Below are positions 40,190-54,001 of a stretch of DNA of 64,000 nucleotides, in pieces; position 1 is the stretch's first letter, and every line of letters starts with the position of its first letter. The DNA comes from Zygnema circumcarinatum SAG 698-1b. Taxonomy: Eukaryota; Plantae; Zygnematophyceae. The position numbers and the translations under genes are program-made. The stretch spans positions 1,944,297-2,008,296 of the forward strand of contig CM074819.1 in assembly GCA_037447605.1 (NCBI GenBank), written 5' to 3'. Under the pieces are notes generated by a model. It did no database searches, was not told the origin of the DNA, and saw only the letters and a program-made list of their open reading frames with translations.

Positions 40190-43100
40190 ATGAAGAAGAG
40201 GATCGACGAACTGGGAGCGGATGTAAGGCAGCAGCGCGTCGCCACCATGGCCTGTACGAGGCAGGTGGACGACATGGAGCTCACGGTCCGCCGCCTGGTG
40301 GACACGCTCCAAATGGAGTTCCGGGGCCTTTCGGACAGGCTCCGGAGGATCGAGGAAGGTATGCCCCGAACCCCCCCTCAGGCTGTAGAGGCAGTGGATG
40401 CAGCAGGTCCTGGGGAAGGGGTTAGGCAAACCACTCCGGTAGCGTCGTCTGTCCCGACGCCCCAACCGGCTGCCGGAAGCAGCCGGCAGAAGTCCGGACC
40501 CCCTGGTTTTTCCACGGGGGGGAGTCACCCCCACGGGGGTGGCGAACCACCCAGCAGTGGGGGACCCCCGTCGGGGGCAGCTGCTGGGGGCGGAGGAGAT
40601 CCCAGTCCTCGGACTGCTCCCCCGCAACCTACTGAGGATGCCCGACGGAATCGGGCCAAGGTGGCCCCTCTTTCCTTTTGGGGCGAACATCCTACCACGG
40701 ACTGCTCGATTGAGCAGTGGTTGGGTCAAACGAAGGGCTACCTTCTGGCGACCAACTGTCCCCCCCTCCAGTGGGTAAGCTTTGCTTACCCAGCACTCAG
40801 AGGAGCCGCATACCGTGTGTATGAGGGCCTCTCTGATGAGATTGGGGACGATTGGGATAAGTTCAGAGATGAACTTATCAAACACTTTGGGGCCTTGGAT
40901 CCCGGCTTGGAGGCCCGGGATAAGTTTCAGAACATGGTCCAAACCGGCAGCGTCAAGCAGTTTCTGCGAGACCTGCGACAAGTGGTGCCTCAGATCACCA
41001 CTCACAAGCCTGGACAGGCTGAGTTCTTTTTCCACTTCAGGAATGGCTTGAAGCCACACCTGAGGAAGCAGCTAAGAACTAACCCACGGACTCTGAAACC
41101 GTGGGACCCCGCTGACTCTGAGCTGTACTTTGATGCAGCCATTCAGTTGGACACCGCCCCTGCAGGCGATGCAGGCCCTTCCCGACCCCAGCAGAGGTCG
41201 GGCGACGTGACAGGGTCGTGGNNNNNNNNNNGGAAATGGAGAAGATGCAGCGGGAGAACAAGTGTTTCCGCTGCCGCAAGGAGGGGCATAAGGCCCGGGA
41301 TTGCCCTCTCAACACCAAGGACAAGAAGGGCAAGGGGCCGGAAAACCCCAACCCACCAGCAGCTTAGGGGTCGTTGCTAGTGGACATGCTAAGCTAGGGG
41401 GAGGGAATGGGGCTGCCATCAAGGATAAGAGGCTATTGTTTCTTACAACCTCGGACATTCTTAATTTGGTGGGCAGGACTTTGGGAGTGCAAGATCTCTT
41501 TGTGTTTCATGTACTCCCTTCTTCCATTTCTCTCTCCCCTGCCACTGTAGTGACTCCTTCTGGGTTTATGGATGTAGTAATGAATGGTGATTGGCATGTC
41601 TTTATCCTCAATGTCATGGGCGATGATGTTCTCATGCAATGTGCCATGGATGCTTTGCATGTCATGGGAAACACCTCCCATATCCTTGCGCTGCATGTGC
41701 TGGTTCCTCAGCACATGGCAGTTCGCACCTTTCCCAGCGCCACTTGGCGGTTGGTGAAACAGTTGAGGAAAGGGCACACGTTGGTGCAGAGGATGGAAGG
41801 ATCCACCAGCTTGCTGGTTGGCTCACCCTACACATTGGTGTGGAGGACGGCTCGTCCTCAACCTTCGCATATAGTGCGATCTATGTTCCACCTTGCCCAT
41901 CGTGCCATGACCTTCATCGGGTCAGCCAATGGCCACCCAGCAGTTCTACTGCTAGATACTTGGGCAGATGCTAACTTTGTTAGTTCTGCGTTCACCCGGA
42001 GATGTGGGTTGACCACAAATCCCCATTCACAAAGTGTTACTTTCGGGGATGGACGCAAGGGCCAGATCTCTGGTAGCGTCACACTCAAGATCAAGCTCCA
42101 ATCCTACTCCGGGCAGTCAAGTGTCTTCTAACACAACTGGCCCCTGGTACTGATGTTATTTTGGGGAGTGCTTGGTTAACCATGGTCAAAGCACAAATGG
42201 ACTTTTCTGTCCCACATTGCATTCTGCACAGTGGTGACAGGCGGCTTACCCTGCACCCTGGCAGAGCCACATCCGCTGCTATCAAGCAGCCTGCTACTCC
42301 TTATCTGTGCTCAGCTATGCAATTGGCCAAAGCANNNNNNNNNNTAAAATCCAACCTTTGTTGGATGAGTTCACGGATGTTTTCCCTGACGACCTTCCAA
42401 GAGGGTTGCCACCATCGAGAGGGGTGGGGCACACAATCCCTCTTGAGCCTGAGCAAAAGCCGCCTTGGCGGCCGATCTATCGGTTAAGCCCGAAGGAAAC
42501 CGAGGAAATGCGTAAGCAATTGACTACTTTACGGGACAAGGGCTGGATAGAACCCAGTCAGAGCCCCTTTGGGGCGCCCATCTTATTTGTTGGCAAGAAA
42601 GATGGCTCGTTGAGGATGTGCATTGATTATCGTGCACTCAACAAGATCACCGTAAAGAAACGATTTGCTTTACCACGTATCGATGATCTGTTGGATCGTC
42701 TTCACGGCGCCAAAGTGTTTACTTCCCTCGATCTTGCTCAGGGGTATCATCAGATCCGTGTTACAGAAGCTGATGTGCCAAAAACTGCGTTCCGGACGCC
42801 GATTGGTCATTTCCAATATAAGGTGTTGCCCTTTGGATTGACTAATGCTCCGGCGACTTTCCAGGCTGTGATGAACGAAATGTTCATCGGCATGGACGAG
42901 TTTGTTTTGGTTTACCTCGATGATATCCTTGTCTTCAGTAAGACGGAGGAGGAACATCTTGAACACGTTCGAAAAGTGTTTGAGACCCTGAGGAAACACC
43001 AGTTTTATGCCAAGAGGAAGAAGTGTCATTTCATGCAACGTGAGTTGCTTTATNNNNNNNNNNTGGAGCCAGCATGGTCTTCAGTCAGAAATTGTGTCTG

Positions 43101-43469
43101 ACCGTGACCCACGATTCACCGGCCAATGTTGGACGGAAGTGCTCAAAATCGTTGGGACCAAGCAGGCGTTGAGTACAGCTTTCCACCCGCAAACCGATGG
43201 CCAGACGGAACGGGTGAACAGGATCCTGGAGGATTATCTCCGGCATAATGTGGGACCTACCCCGGATGGGTGGGATGAACTGCTCCCAGTGGCTGAGTAC
43301 GCCATCAATAATGTTTACTAGGAGTCCATTGGTACCACCCCTTTCTTCTTGAACTTTGGCCAGCATCCTCTAAATCCCCTGCAACCAAGGGATCAGCCCC
43401 CTGATCCGTGGAACATGGGCGTCCACAGAACCCCCGACCCTTGGAAGCTGAGAGGGACTGATGGGACTC
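40190..43469 (+). mobile_element. Gypsy family B gag-pol (gag, knuckle, extra domain, PR, RT, gap, integrase core)
   Basis: Retrotrans_gag WDKFRDELIKHF..QTGSVKQF..FRNGLKP, CFRCRKEGHKARDC, PR LLDTWADANF (G->W), RT YLDDIL, IN IVSDRDPRFT..HPQTDGQTER. Confidence 0.95.
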
Positions 43470-46400
43470 TGTTGGAGTCTGGATCTGCTCGCTGCTCCCG
43501 GCGCCACCTCGCGTGTCGCCCTCCATTGGAACTCCGGTTCCCACCGATGAAGACATCTTCACTCTCTCTCACTCTATCTCACTTCACTCATAGCCCATAA
43601 CTCACAGAATGAACGCAGAGACGAGCACAGCGGAAATCACACACGAGAGAGTATAGGNNNNNNNNNNATCCCCCTCTTGGGCCTCAGTTCCTCATGGGCC
43701 CTAGCCCAATGAGTCTGCTATTCACTAGTAGCGTCTCACCACTAACTCCTTTAGTCAACATATCCGCAGCCTGCTCCTTCGTCCCCACGAACTTCACAAC
43801 AATCATCCCCTCCTCTACTTATTCTCGCACATAATGGTATTGTACTCTAATGTGCTTTGTCCTCTTATGAAACACAGGGTTTTCAACAAGAGTTATGGAC
43901 GACTGATTATCCGTGAACAAAGTCAAGGGACGTTGTGGCCTCTTACACTCATCAAAGAAATGTTGGAACCAAACTCCCTCCTTTGCTCGCATTAGCCATT
44001 GCTCCCATGTACTTTCGCCGGTCTTGAACAACGCGAAGCGAATCACAGCAAGAGCTCCGTAGAATAAGCTCCTGAATTGAGTAAGCAAATCCGGAGGTCG
44101 TCGGCGATAAATGTCCCGTGCCTCGGTCGAGTAGGTGTATCCGATCACTTTCTGTTGGCCCTCTCTGTGCTTGGTCCGGGTACTCCCGCGGTCCCGGATT
44201 GAGCAGAAAGATTAGGCTTTTCTGGCCTCTGATACTTTCCGAGTAGGGATTCTCCATGAAGGAAGGCAAAGAGCTTTGCGGCTCACGGCCTTAAGCCAAG
44301 TCCGATTAGGGTACCAATCATTAGGTACATTAAACTTAGATGGCGGTCGTGCGGCACTCCGTGCGTGCGGTTGTACACCTCTCGCGTCGTCGGCGGGCAC
44401 TCCACATATCTTTCGAACCGGCGTAGATCTCCGCCCGGACTGGTGCCGCGATGCGCACTTCCCTCCATATTGAATCACCGCTAGTACATCCAGCGTACTT
44501 CTTGACTTAGGAGCGAGCAGTCTTGCCCCTAACGGGCGCATCCCGAGAATCACTGCGCCTCCCTAGATCCGACGCATTTGGAGATTGGCTTGCAAAAGCT
44601 TCTTGAGATCATTGATTCTCTCGGTGAGGAGCTCACCATAATGAGGATATCCGCGTCAGGTCCCCGCGTATATGAGGATACTTCCTCCTCTCCTTGTGGG
44701 TAGGCGAGATGGAAGTGAATACTCCAAGCGCGCCAAATCCGGGTGATTGCTCTGAGGAAGATGCGTCGATCTTCACCATTGCAGGGATCACGGGTGCGCA
44801 GCTTTGATCAAAATTACAGAGACTCTTCACTAGGCAGCGGACGAGATGCTCTGCCGGGACCAGCTTTCCGCGAACGCTCCCGCTGTAAGATCTCGGCCCA
44901 GCCAAGATCTCGTGCGAAGCGGGTCTTGATATCTAGCTGATGGACATGCATCCCCTCAGCAGCTGCGATCGAAATTAGGGCACGGAGGGAGTTAAACTTC
45001 ACCACCGGGGCGAAAGTCTCCGTGTAGTCGATTCCGTACTTCTGGCTGTAGCCCTTCGCCACAAGCCGCGCCTTGTAACGGTCGACACTCACGTCCGCCT
45101 TTACGCTTCGCAACACTTGCATCCAGTAGGCTCTCGCTTCCCGCCCGGCTTCTGCTCCGGTCGCCCGCGTCGGATTCTCGCTCCGGTATTCCGCTTTCAT
45201 TGCTCGATCGTACAACTGCGCCACCCGGCTCCATGGAGCCCACGCCAGGTGAGCCTCCTCGAAGGGTTCGCGGCTGGAGTGATCGTAATAGCGTGGGCAA
45301 CTCTGCTTGGTCGGCGAGTCGTAGGCACTCTCTCACGCCGAGGTTGATACCGGCGGCACTTTTGGCTAATAAGATTCGAACGCACTCCCTCACCTTACGG
45401 GTGCTCCTCGGCCCGGTCCGCTGCGTTCTCCCACTCACCGAGTTGAAGAAAATTCCGGGAACAAATCCCGGGAGGCATCCCTTGCCCTCATGGCGTCTCT
45501 CTGCGGCCGCTATCCAAGTCCTCGAGACTCTGTCGGGTGCAAAAGAGAATGCGGTTCGATAAAGAGTCTTCCACTCATCGGCCAGTGAGTGTGTGTAGTG
45601 GGGCGCGTCTCGAAATTCGATTTCTCCGGCTCCCTTGCGGCACCGGGTTGACTCCCGCGCCAGCCTCGGCGTTACGGCATTGCTCTGAGTGAAGCTCATG
45701 CGGCTCTACGCGGCATGCGATCTCCTCCCAAGCGGGACCTTAGAGCTGACGCGCTAACCTACTCGCTGGTCTCCGCGTCCTCATACACAATCTCAATCAC
45801 ACGTCTTTTGGGGCTGAATTTTCACCTAGCCGTGTCACGCCCTTTCTAGATCCCGCCCGTGATGTCCCTCGAGCTTTGCACTTCCTTCGCTCGCGGGTTC
45901 CAAATCCTGTAGGTGCGACTGTCCATGTTGTAGCCGAGAACATATCCTTCAACGGCTCGCGGGTCAAACTTCCTCTTCTGTCTCGCCTTCGGCACTGTCG
46001 ACCAGCAGCGCGCTCCGAAAGCCTTCAGGTGGGAAACCGTGGGCTTTCTCCCACTCCACACCTCCTCAGGAACCTGGTCCTTGAGCACAGAAGATGGGCA
46101 TCTATTCCTAAGGTAAGCTGCGGTCATCACCGCCTCTCCCCAGAAAGAAGCCGGGAAGGGGGAATCTATAAGCATGGTCCGCGCCATGTCCCCCAACGTC
46201 CTATATACCCTTTCAGCAGCTCCATTACTTTGAGGGGAGTAGGGAGCGGAGAATTCATGCCTAATTCCACGAGTCTTGAGGTACTGCGCCGAACTCCTTC
46301 GACTTGAACTCCCCTCCGTTGTCTGAGCGCAGAGTCTTCAGTTTCTGTCCGCTCTCTCGCTCCATCTGAGTCTGCCAATCTCTGAAGGCTCCGAAAGCCT

Positions 46401-49150
46401 CAGACTTGTTCTTGAGAATTTTCACCCAAATTTTCCTCGAAAAATCATCGAGAAAAGTGATGAAGTACGAGCTCCTCCACTCGTTGCCGGTGTCACGGGG
46501 CCACAAAGGTCGGTGTGAATCAACTCCAGTTTCTCCTGCGCATGGTACGCCTCCTCTCCGCTCCTCGCGAATGGTTTCCGATGCGCCTTCCCCTCTACAC
46601 ACTCCTCGCAAAAGCCGAGCTCCTTCTCCACGACATCTACGTCTAACCCACGGACCAGCCCCTTAGCAGCAAGCTGTTGCAACCCCACGGGTAGTTCAAG
46701 ATGATGATGTCAAGTCGATGCCCGATTTATGGCGGTTTATTGACCATCACATCTTCCATCCTCTTGATAAACTTACATAATGAAGAAGATAATGGGCCTC
46801 CTTCTCGCACCCTCAACCCGGCCTTCCACAGTCATTGCATGAGTAGCTACACAAGACTTCTCCTTGAATGTGATCACCATTACCCCCTCGCCACACACAC
46901 GGCTAACCGGACATGAAGTTACTGTTTCCATTTCGGGGTGTGGAGTATCGCAGATACACAAAGCGCTCACCCTCTCTCTTGGTAGATGTGAGGTAGTCTC
47001 AGGAATCATCTTGACTACTCCACCTTGGTAATTTGTCGCTTTCCTCGGTTCTTGGGAGTGAGCGGTCGAGGTCTTCTCCAGCGTGTCAAGCGTGGAGAAC
47101 ATCTGGCAATGCATACAGCACGTATTGTGTGTGGGGAAGCTGATGTTCGATCAACGAGGCGTGCCGGATCCACAGACGCCTGGATCTTCCCCGGCAGAAA
47201 GTCGAGAACCTTAGCCGGACGCTTCGGCCATCATCCAGTTGGTCTCATTCGACCCTACTGCGTTCGATTGCTCTTGGCGACTCGCTGCTTGCATGAAGGC
47301 AATCCCCTTGGAAACCTTTCAGCTTCTCGCTTCTTAGAATCTTAGGCGCGCCTCCTCCTCCCGTCTCTTGGGGACTCTTACATTCTTGTAGAGTAGTAGG
47401 CGATCTTGCCCACTACGTGTACTTAACCCAGCGCTCAGCGGTCCGTTCTCCCTCAGTCCGACTTGAAGCGCACCTCCTCTTCCGGTCAGCACAGCCGTGA
47501 GTGAAGCGCTAGCACCTTCTCCCTCGGTGCTCGGGGTGGCCATGGGCGATTGTCCTCCTCCTTGATCCTCGCTGCACTTGCTCAAGGGGTCATTTCGAGT
47601 TAAGTTAGGGCAGTCACAAAGCATTGCCTTTGCTACATCAAATCTAGAGTCCAGTAGGCGTGATCTTATGAGGTCACTCTCTAACGGTTTTACGGCCAGA
47701 AGTATGAACCTCTCCATCAAGGTATCAAGCGACCATATATTCCTTTCGATTTCTCATCCAGTCATCTTCATCTTCCCAGTACGCGTGTAAAGGCTCACTA
47801 TCGTGGCGTTATCCTTTACATCATACACATCTCTTAAGCACCCCTCCACATAGCATGTGAGGTCTTGAGATCACTCTGACATGGGCGAAGGACTTCCTAC
47901 GCTCATGGCTTGATCTGGGTGGCTGGCTTTGTTGTTGTTGTCCTTGGCACTCCATCTGGCGGCGCCACTTACGTGTTCGACTGCTGCTCAGCCCGGTGGC
48001 TCCCCTCGGTAGCACGATTGCCATCATAGTGCGTTGGCGTACCCCAACAGTCCCACTTGCCCACGAGCAAAGACCAGCCGCCATCTCCACCCCGCCCAGC
48101 CCGGGTGCTGGGCCAGGTGAGATGCGGGAATGCTGAACTTCCGCGTGGTCCTGCGTCGCTACCATTGGCTCTGATACCACTTGTTTAGATGCGGATCTGC
48201 TCGGCGCTCGGCGCCACCTGGCGTGTAAGCCCTCCCGTGGAACTCCGGTTCCCGGGTAGAAGACATCTTCACTCTCTCTCACTCTATCTCACTTCACTCA
48301 TAGCCCATAACTCCGCGGGAATGAGCCTTGAGCGGAAACCGCAGTAATCACCTGCTTGAGAGAGTATAGGAGAGAGAAACTCCACGGCTCTAAAACTCCT
48401 TTATAATAAGAATGTCACCCACATGAAGTTCTCCACACCTCCTCACTAGCTACTTCTCCCCTTACTCACTACCTTGCGTGACACAAGCGGGGGCAGCCTT
48501 GTGGCTGGCGGCCTGGGGAATAGAATCCGCGGGACTACGGTAGTCTAATGTGGTTATCCTTCATAACAAAGCTAAACCCTATATACGCCATGGCGAAATT
48601 ATTTAAAACTGACATCTTCCTTGTTGACCGATGTCGCGTCACGGCCGCTTTCCCTCGCGTTCCGGCCCGGCGAATGCAGCGTTCAACATCCAGCTTCTAG
48701 CGGTCTTTGGTAAACTACGCGGCCACCGACCTAGTCGGTCGTCAGGTGATTCAGCGCCCATGCCTGAACTTGTCGTCCGTTGGCCCAGAACTTCGCCCGC
48801 CCGTCGTCACCAGCGTCCGCCGCCGTAGCCTTTGTATATGTGGATTCGTAGCGCACATTACCGTCAGCCGTCGCTGACGAAATCTCCGTCGTGCATTTGC
48901 GGATTCACACACTTGTCGTGATGTTCTAGCCGACTCGGTCTCCTCAGTAGTTGACCTGCGTCCGCGATCCTTGAACCCGCACTAAAGAAGAGATACGGCA
49001 GCGGTTACTTGGAAAAAGCATCACCGACATCCTCCGCGCCCGAAAAGCGTACGGGCCACCGACATTTGGCCCGACCATATTCCATATTCCCTTATTCCCA
49101 CAACAATGTTAGTGTGAACCCATACTATGTCTAACTATAGCACACTAACA
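43470..49150 (-). mobile_element. Copia family 1 copy a, heavily frameshifted: 3' LTR 43470-43667 (gapped), internal region, PBS 48167-48179, 5' LTR 48182-49150
   Basis: PPT (reverse complement) at 43668-43680, RT and IN fragments homologous to 554-3712, reverse-strand TGGTATCAGAGCC. Confidence 0.92.
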
Positions 49151-49159
49151 CCCTATGAA

Positions 49160-51030
49160 AGTTATTCATTTTCCTTTTGCGGGGCGATCTTTGAGAATGC
49201 GCCCGGAAGCTTGGTATTGTTGGAAATGACTTTTTCGAAACTTATTGGTTAAATTCTAAGGCGATTGAAACACCACATAGTTGAGATATGCTGGCGACCA
49301 AAAATGTCTTTATTGACTTGAGTACGGGGAAGGAGGTGAAGTGCAGTCCATTCCATTCTCCCATTTGAATGTGGATTTGTGGACATCTACTACATCTAAG
49401 GAGAAGTTCCTTGGGTTGAGAACTTTTTAAGTGGATTCTATGTTGACCCAAAGAAGTTTCCTTTTTTGTGAAGAGGTTCAGTGAAGCCAAGCGAGGAGCT
49501 TTTGGCTGAGGTATCCGGGATATGCGAAGTGCATTGAGATGTGTGGGTAGAGCAAGTTTTAAAGGTATGGTTTGGATCTCATTAAAGATGCATCACGAAA
49601 CAACTTTCGATAGTGGATCCGACATCAGCGTTCCTTTGTCGGTCTTACTTGGTGGGCACCATCCTTGGGGCCCAGTGAATTCCTTTTATAGCGTGCTTTG
49701 GTGAAACCTTCCGAGATAGAAGCTCGAAGCAAGTAAATCCAAAAACTTGGAAGCCCACCAATTTGATCATCAAGGTGAAGAAAGTGGTTGAAAGCTTGAG
49801 CAAGAGTAAAGGAATATGAAGGCAAAGTTCATGGCCTCCAACAAGAGATGGGAGTATACTGCTCAAGCTCCCAAAATGACCGCCCTCAACGCTTGACAAG
49901 CATTGCTAACCTCCTCAGTGCGTTGGTTTTGAAGTTGTGGGAAGGTCTTGGCGCACTCACTACATGCTACGTATCGAGGACTTTTCCTTTAGAGCATGAC
50001 AAAGGGATGCGCTTCTCCACTGTGTACTCTTTGATGGAGCCTATTATACATTGTCAGCATGCCACCTGGGATATCCTACCAAGGACCGGGGCTCCCTATC
50101 AGACTGCCGCCAAGCTAAAAGGAGTTTTGAACCTACCAGCCCCGGATAGCCATCGGGATTCATCTGCGGATATATACATCTCCATCGATATGAGCGTCCG
50201 ACATATCCATCGAACACTTATCGATTGTGGCAAAATGTACTGCAGAAAAGCTTGCGTGGCTCAGATTCCGTATTTTATATGCTAACCATGTAAATTGCTA
50301 TGGCCAAGTGTTTTGTTTGACATGGCTACTTGTTTACACCCTTGCTTTAAAAAGTTGACTTACTTGAAGTCATGATGGAAGATACAGCAAAGAAACGCTA
50401 TAGCGACGTAGAGTTCATAAGGAGACGAGGGAGTTGGGTGAGAAGATTATCAAGGTGAAACAAGGAAAAAAGATTCGTGCAGAGGGCAAAGAAGAAGAGT
50501 ATCATGTCACTCTTCGCACATGGGGAGCATGAGAGACAAGCAGATACGGGCTTATGTAAGCCCCTTGCAGCAGCAAACGCCAAAAATCACTCAAGCAAAG
50601 AACATCTAATAAATTCAATCTTTGAAAAGCAAATGGCCAAGAACTACAAGAGCTGCAAATTTGGGAATTCTTGACATGGTGGGCGAGACAAGCTTGAAGA
50701 CCGAGAGGCCATAAGGCCACCCATCGCGACATGGTTTAACCAATGGCGAAGAGCCATATTTGACAAAAGAAAATCCAACGCTTCGAGGATGTACCTTACA
50801 AAGATATTCCCCTCAACTACCGGAGTGAAGCGTCCAATCGACGTCCAACGCTTGCCAAAAGCTGCTCGCTAGCCTCGGTCACCGCATCTACCGCTATTGA
50901 GCCGCGATTTCAGCGATAAGGTGTTTGTTTTATCAGGCGTCGCGAACAAAATTGACTCCCCGCGATTCGCTGGAGATGATTCTTTTTCTTCATTCTAATT
51001 ATGACCTCATTCCGCATAATTTGGCCCCAA
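49160..51030 (+). pseudogene. hAT transposase copy 1 (degenerate) with C-terminal dimerisation motif
   Basis: Homologous to 53125-53990; remnant RTKLTP..LEMILFLHSNYDL at ~50940-51010. Confidence 0.75.
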
Positions 51031-52087
51031 TGATCCAAGGGTTGAAATCAACTTTGTGCCTACACGCTTATCGATCGCAAAATCTTTTGAAGCGCCAAGG
51101 CGCTTAGATGAAGGCAGCTGATGAAGAAGTAAGAGAGCAAATTTCAATTGAGATGCCCATCGAAATGATGCAAGGGAGGAGGCTGGATTTGTATGTGTCA
51201 TGGGGATACTGTGCGCTTGGATCCGATTATGTGTGAATGATGACAATTGAAAAATGTGATGGACGGAGGCAGGGAGGTAGGAGGAAAGGAAGGAGGGAGG
51301 GAGACACGCAAGCAAGAAGGCGAGCAAACAAGCAAGCAAACAAGCAGACAGATATTGGAGGAGGGAGGGAGGGAGATAGGGAAGGAGAGAGGGAATGGGA
51401 GAGAGAGGGATGGAGTGAGAAAAAGAGGATAGAGAGAGAGAGAGGGAGGGTGGGTAAGGAAGGTTGGGGGTATTCATTTAGGAGTTTAAAAGTGTGGTAG
51501 AGTCTAAGGGCTGGAGTTAAAGGCTCAGTCTTGAAGCTGTAACTTCATTTCATATGTAATTTGTAAATTCGTTCCTTCGTAATTTTGAAGTGCTTCGTTA
51601 TTTTCTTTTTGAAACTTCCACTGCTTTTGGCAGTCTTTTTATATTCAGCAAAATTGCACGCTTTGAAATTTCTGATATGAATTTTTGTCAACTGTATGTG
51701 ATCATCTGAAAATGCGAATACTGCGATGTGTGTGTTTTTTGTGCTCATTTTCTTCTCTTGGGTGGATGGACATGCTCTGCTGAATTTATTTTGTCTTGTT
51801 TTGTTTTTGTGGCCGTGGGGCATGAGTGCAGCTTTTGTGAGGCTTGATCAGGAATCGCCCGAGGAAGGCGAGGTCCAATTTAGAGGGTTGATTTAGGCTT
51901 AGGGTTTTAGAGTGAGTACTTCAAATAGAGGAAACTAATAGTTTACTGTAAGTCAAACGTGTAGGGAGATGTAGGGGCTCAAAAATGGGTCGTATGTGTT
52001 TTTTGGTGGGTTGCCAGCGGTGGCAACTAGTGATTTAATGGTTGCCAACCATTTGATTTAATGGATATAACCATTGGTTTGCCAATT

Positions 52088-53097
52088 TGTTGGAGTCACG
52101 GATCACTTTCGGCCTCAGGCATACACCTCGGCGCAATAGCCCTCCGTGGAACTCAGGTTCCCAGGTGAACATCTTCACTCTCTCTCACTCTATCTCACTT
52201 CACTCATTGCCCATAACTCACAGAATGACGAGCGAGCACAGCGGAAATCACACACGAGAGTATAGGAGAGAAGCTCACGGCTCTAAAACTCCTTTATAAT
52301 AAGAATGTCACCCACATGAAGTTCTCCCCTCTCACTAGCTACTTCTCCTTACTCACTACGCTTGCACGACACACAATGAGGCTGACCCGACAACCGCGGC
52401 GACGCAGGGAATAAGTCAGCAGGTTCTGATGGTCTAATGTGGTTATCCTTCATATAGCTAAACCCTATATATACAGCCATGGCGGTGTTACGTGACATCT
52501 TCCTTGTTGACGATGTCACGTGTCACGGCCCGCCCACTATGGATTCAGCAGCCAGATGCTGTTAGCGTTTAAGCATCGACTTGCTGCGGTCTTTTCGTAA
52601 ACTTCACGCCAGCACCCATTCTTAAATGCAGTGCGTCCCGTCTGATTAGCGCCCATCTGGGCACATGCCGTCCGTTGAAGCCTTGAGGAACTTCCGCCGC
52701 CCGTCACGTCGCAGCGTCGCGCCAGCGGCAGCATCCAGCCGTTTACCCAGCGCACACCCCGGCTTTACATCCAGCAGATCGCGAAGCGGAAATCTCGATA
52801 AATGCGCATTTCCGGCGCGTCCACACTTGTCCCGGCGTGGTAGCCCGACTCGGTCTCCTCCGTAGTTGACCTGCATCCCGATCATGGACCGCACTAAAGA
52901 GCCACTGGCAGCGGATTCAGCCCGACATCACCCAGAGCACATCCTCCGCAGCGCGAAAAGCGTCACCGGGCCACGACATTTGGCAACCCGTATTTCCTGG
53001 AACACTACTACTTGAGATCTCATGTTTTGGCCCGAGGACCACAACAATGTTAGTGTGAACCCGTACAATGTCTAACTATAGCACACTAACACTAACA
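52088..53097 (-). mobile_element. Copia family 1 solo LTR without a matching TSD
   Basis: TG..CA ends; flanks are CAATT and AAAAG. Confidence 0.88.
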
Positions 53098-53124
53098 AAA
53101 AGTTGTGTTCATTTTCTTTTGCAG

Positions 53125-53990
53125 ACGATGCTGAAGTACGCCAGCTTAATTGTGTTGGAAATGACTTTTTTCCGAAGCAGTTAAATTCTAAGGCAGTGAA
53201 ACACCACATAGTTGAGATGTACGAAGCGACCAAAAATGTCTTTATTGACTTGGTACAGAAGGAGGTGAAGTGCAGTCCCATTCCCATTCTCCATTTGAAT
53301 GTGGATTTGTGGACATCTACTACATCTAAGGAGAAGTTCCTTGGGTTGAGAACTTTTTTCGTGGATTCTATGTTCAACCAAAGAAGTTTCCTTTTTGCTG
53401 TGAAGAGGTTCCAACCAAGCAAGGAGCTTTTGAGCGCTGAATATCGGATGTCTGAAGTCGTGAAGATGTGGGTAGAGCAAGTTTTCAAAGAGTATGGTTT
53501 GGATCTCATTAAAGATACATACGGCTCAACTTCTGATAGTGGATCCGACATCAAGCGTTCACTGTCAGTCTTGCTTGGTGGGCACCATCCTTGGGACTGG
53601 TGCATTCCGCACCTACTTAACTGTGCTTTGGTGGAAGCCTTTGGAATGCAGCTCCAAGCAAGTAAATCCAAAAACTTGGAAGCCCGCAATTTGATCATCA
53701 AGGTGAAGAAAGTCGTTGAAAGCTTGAACAAGAGTAGCAACATGAAGGCAAAGTTCATGGCCCTCCAACAAGAGATGGAGTATACGTCTTTGAAGCTCCC
53801 AAATGACTGTCCTCAACGTTGGACAAGCATTGCTAACCTCCTTGAAAGGGTTTTGAAGTTGTGGAAGGTCTTGCGCACTCACTACATACAGATTGAGAGG
53901 ACTTTTCCTTTAGAGCATGACAAGGATGCGCTTCTCCAATTGTACTCTTTGATGGAGCCTATTATAGCTTTGATTGTCACATGCCAATCG
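53125..53990 (+). CDS. hAT transposase copy 2, catalytic region (open frame up to the N gap)
   Basis: LHLNVDLWTS (first D), STSDSGSDIKR (second D), CIPHLLN (CxxH), PQRWTS. Preceded by a TTTTGCAG acceptor. Confidence 0.8.
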
Positions 53991-54001
53991 GNNNNNNNNN
54001 N

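Noticed and set aside
43680-48160. Dense frameshifts as evidence of a special mutational process
   Set aside because: Indel-dominated patchy noise also affects a host exon (32671-32842) and fits low-coverage long-read consensus error; not decidable without reads.
49151-52087. LTR retrotransposon that captured a hAT gene
   Set aside because: No PBS or PPT adjoining the flanking LTRs; a recombination-driven duplication explains the junctions better.
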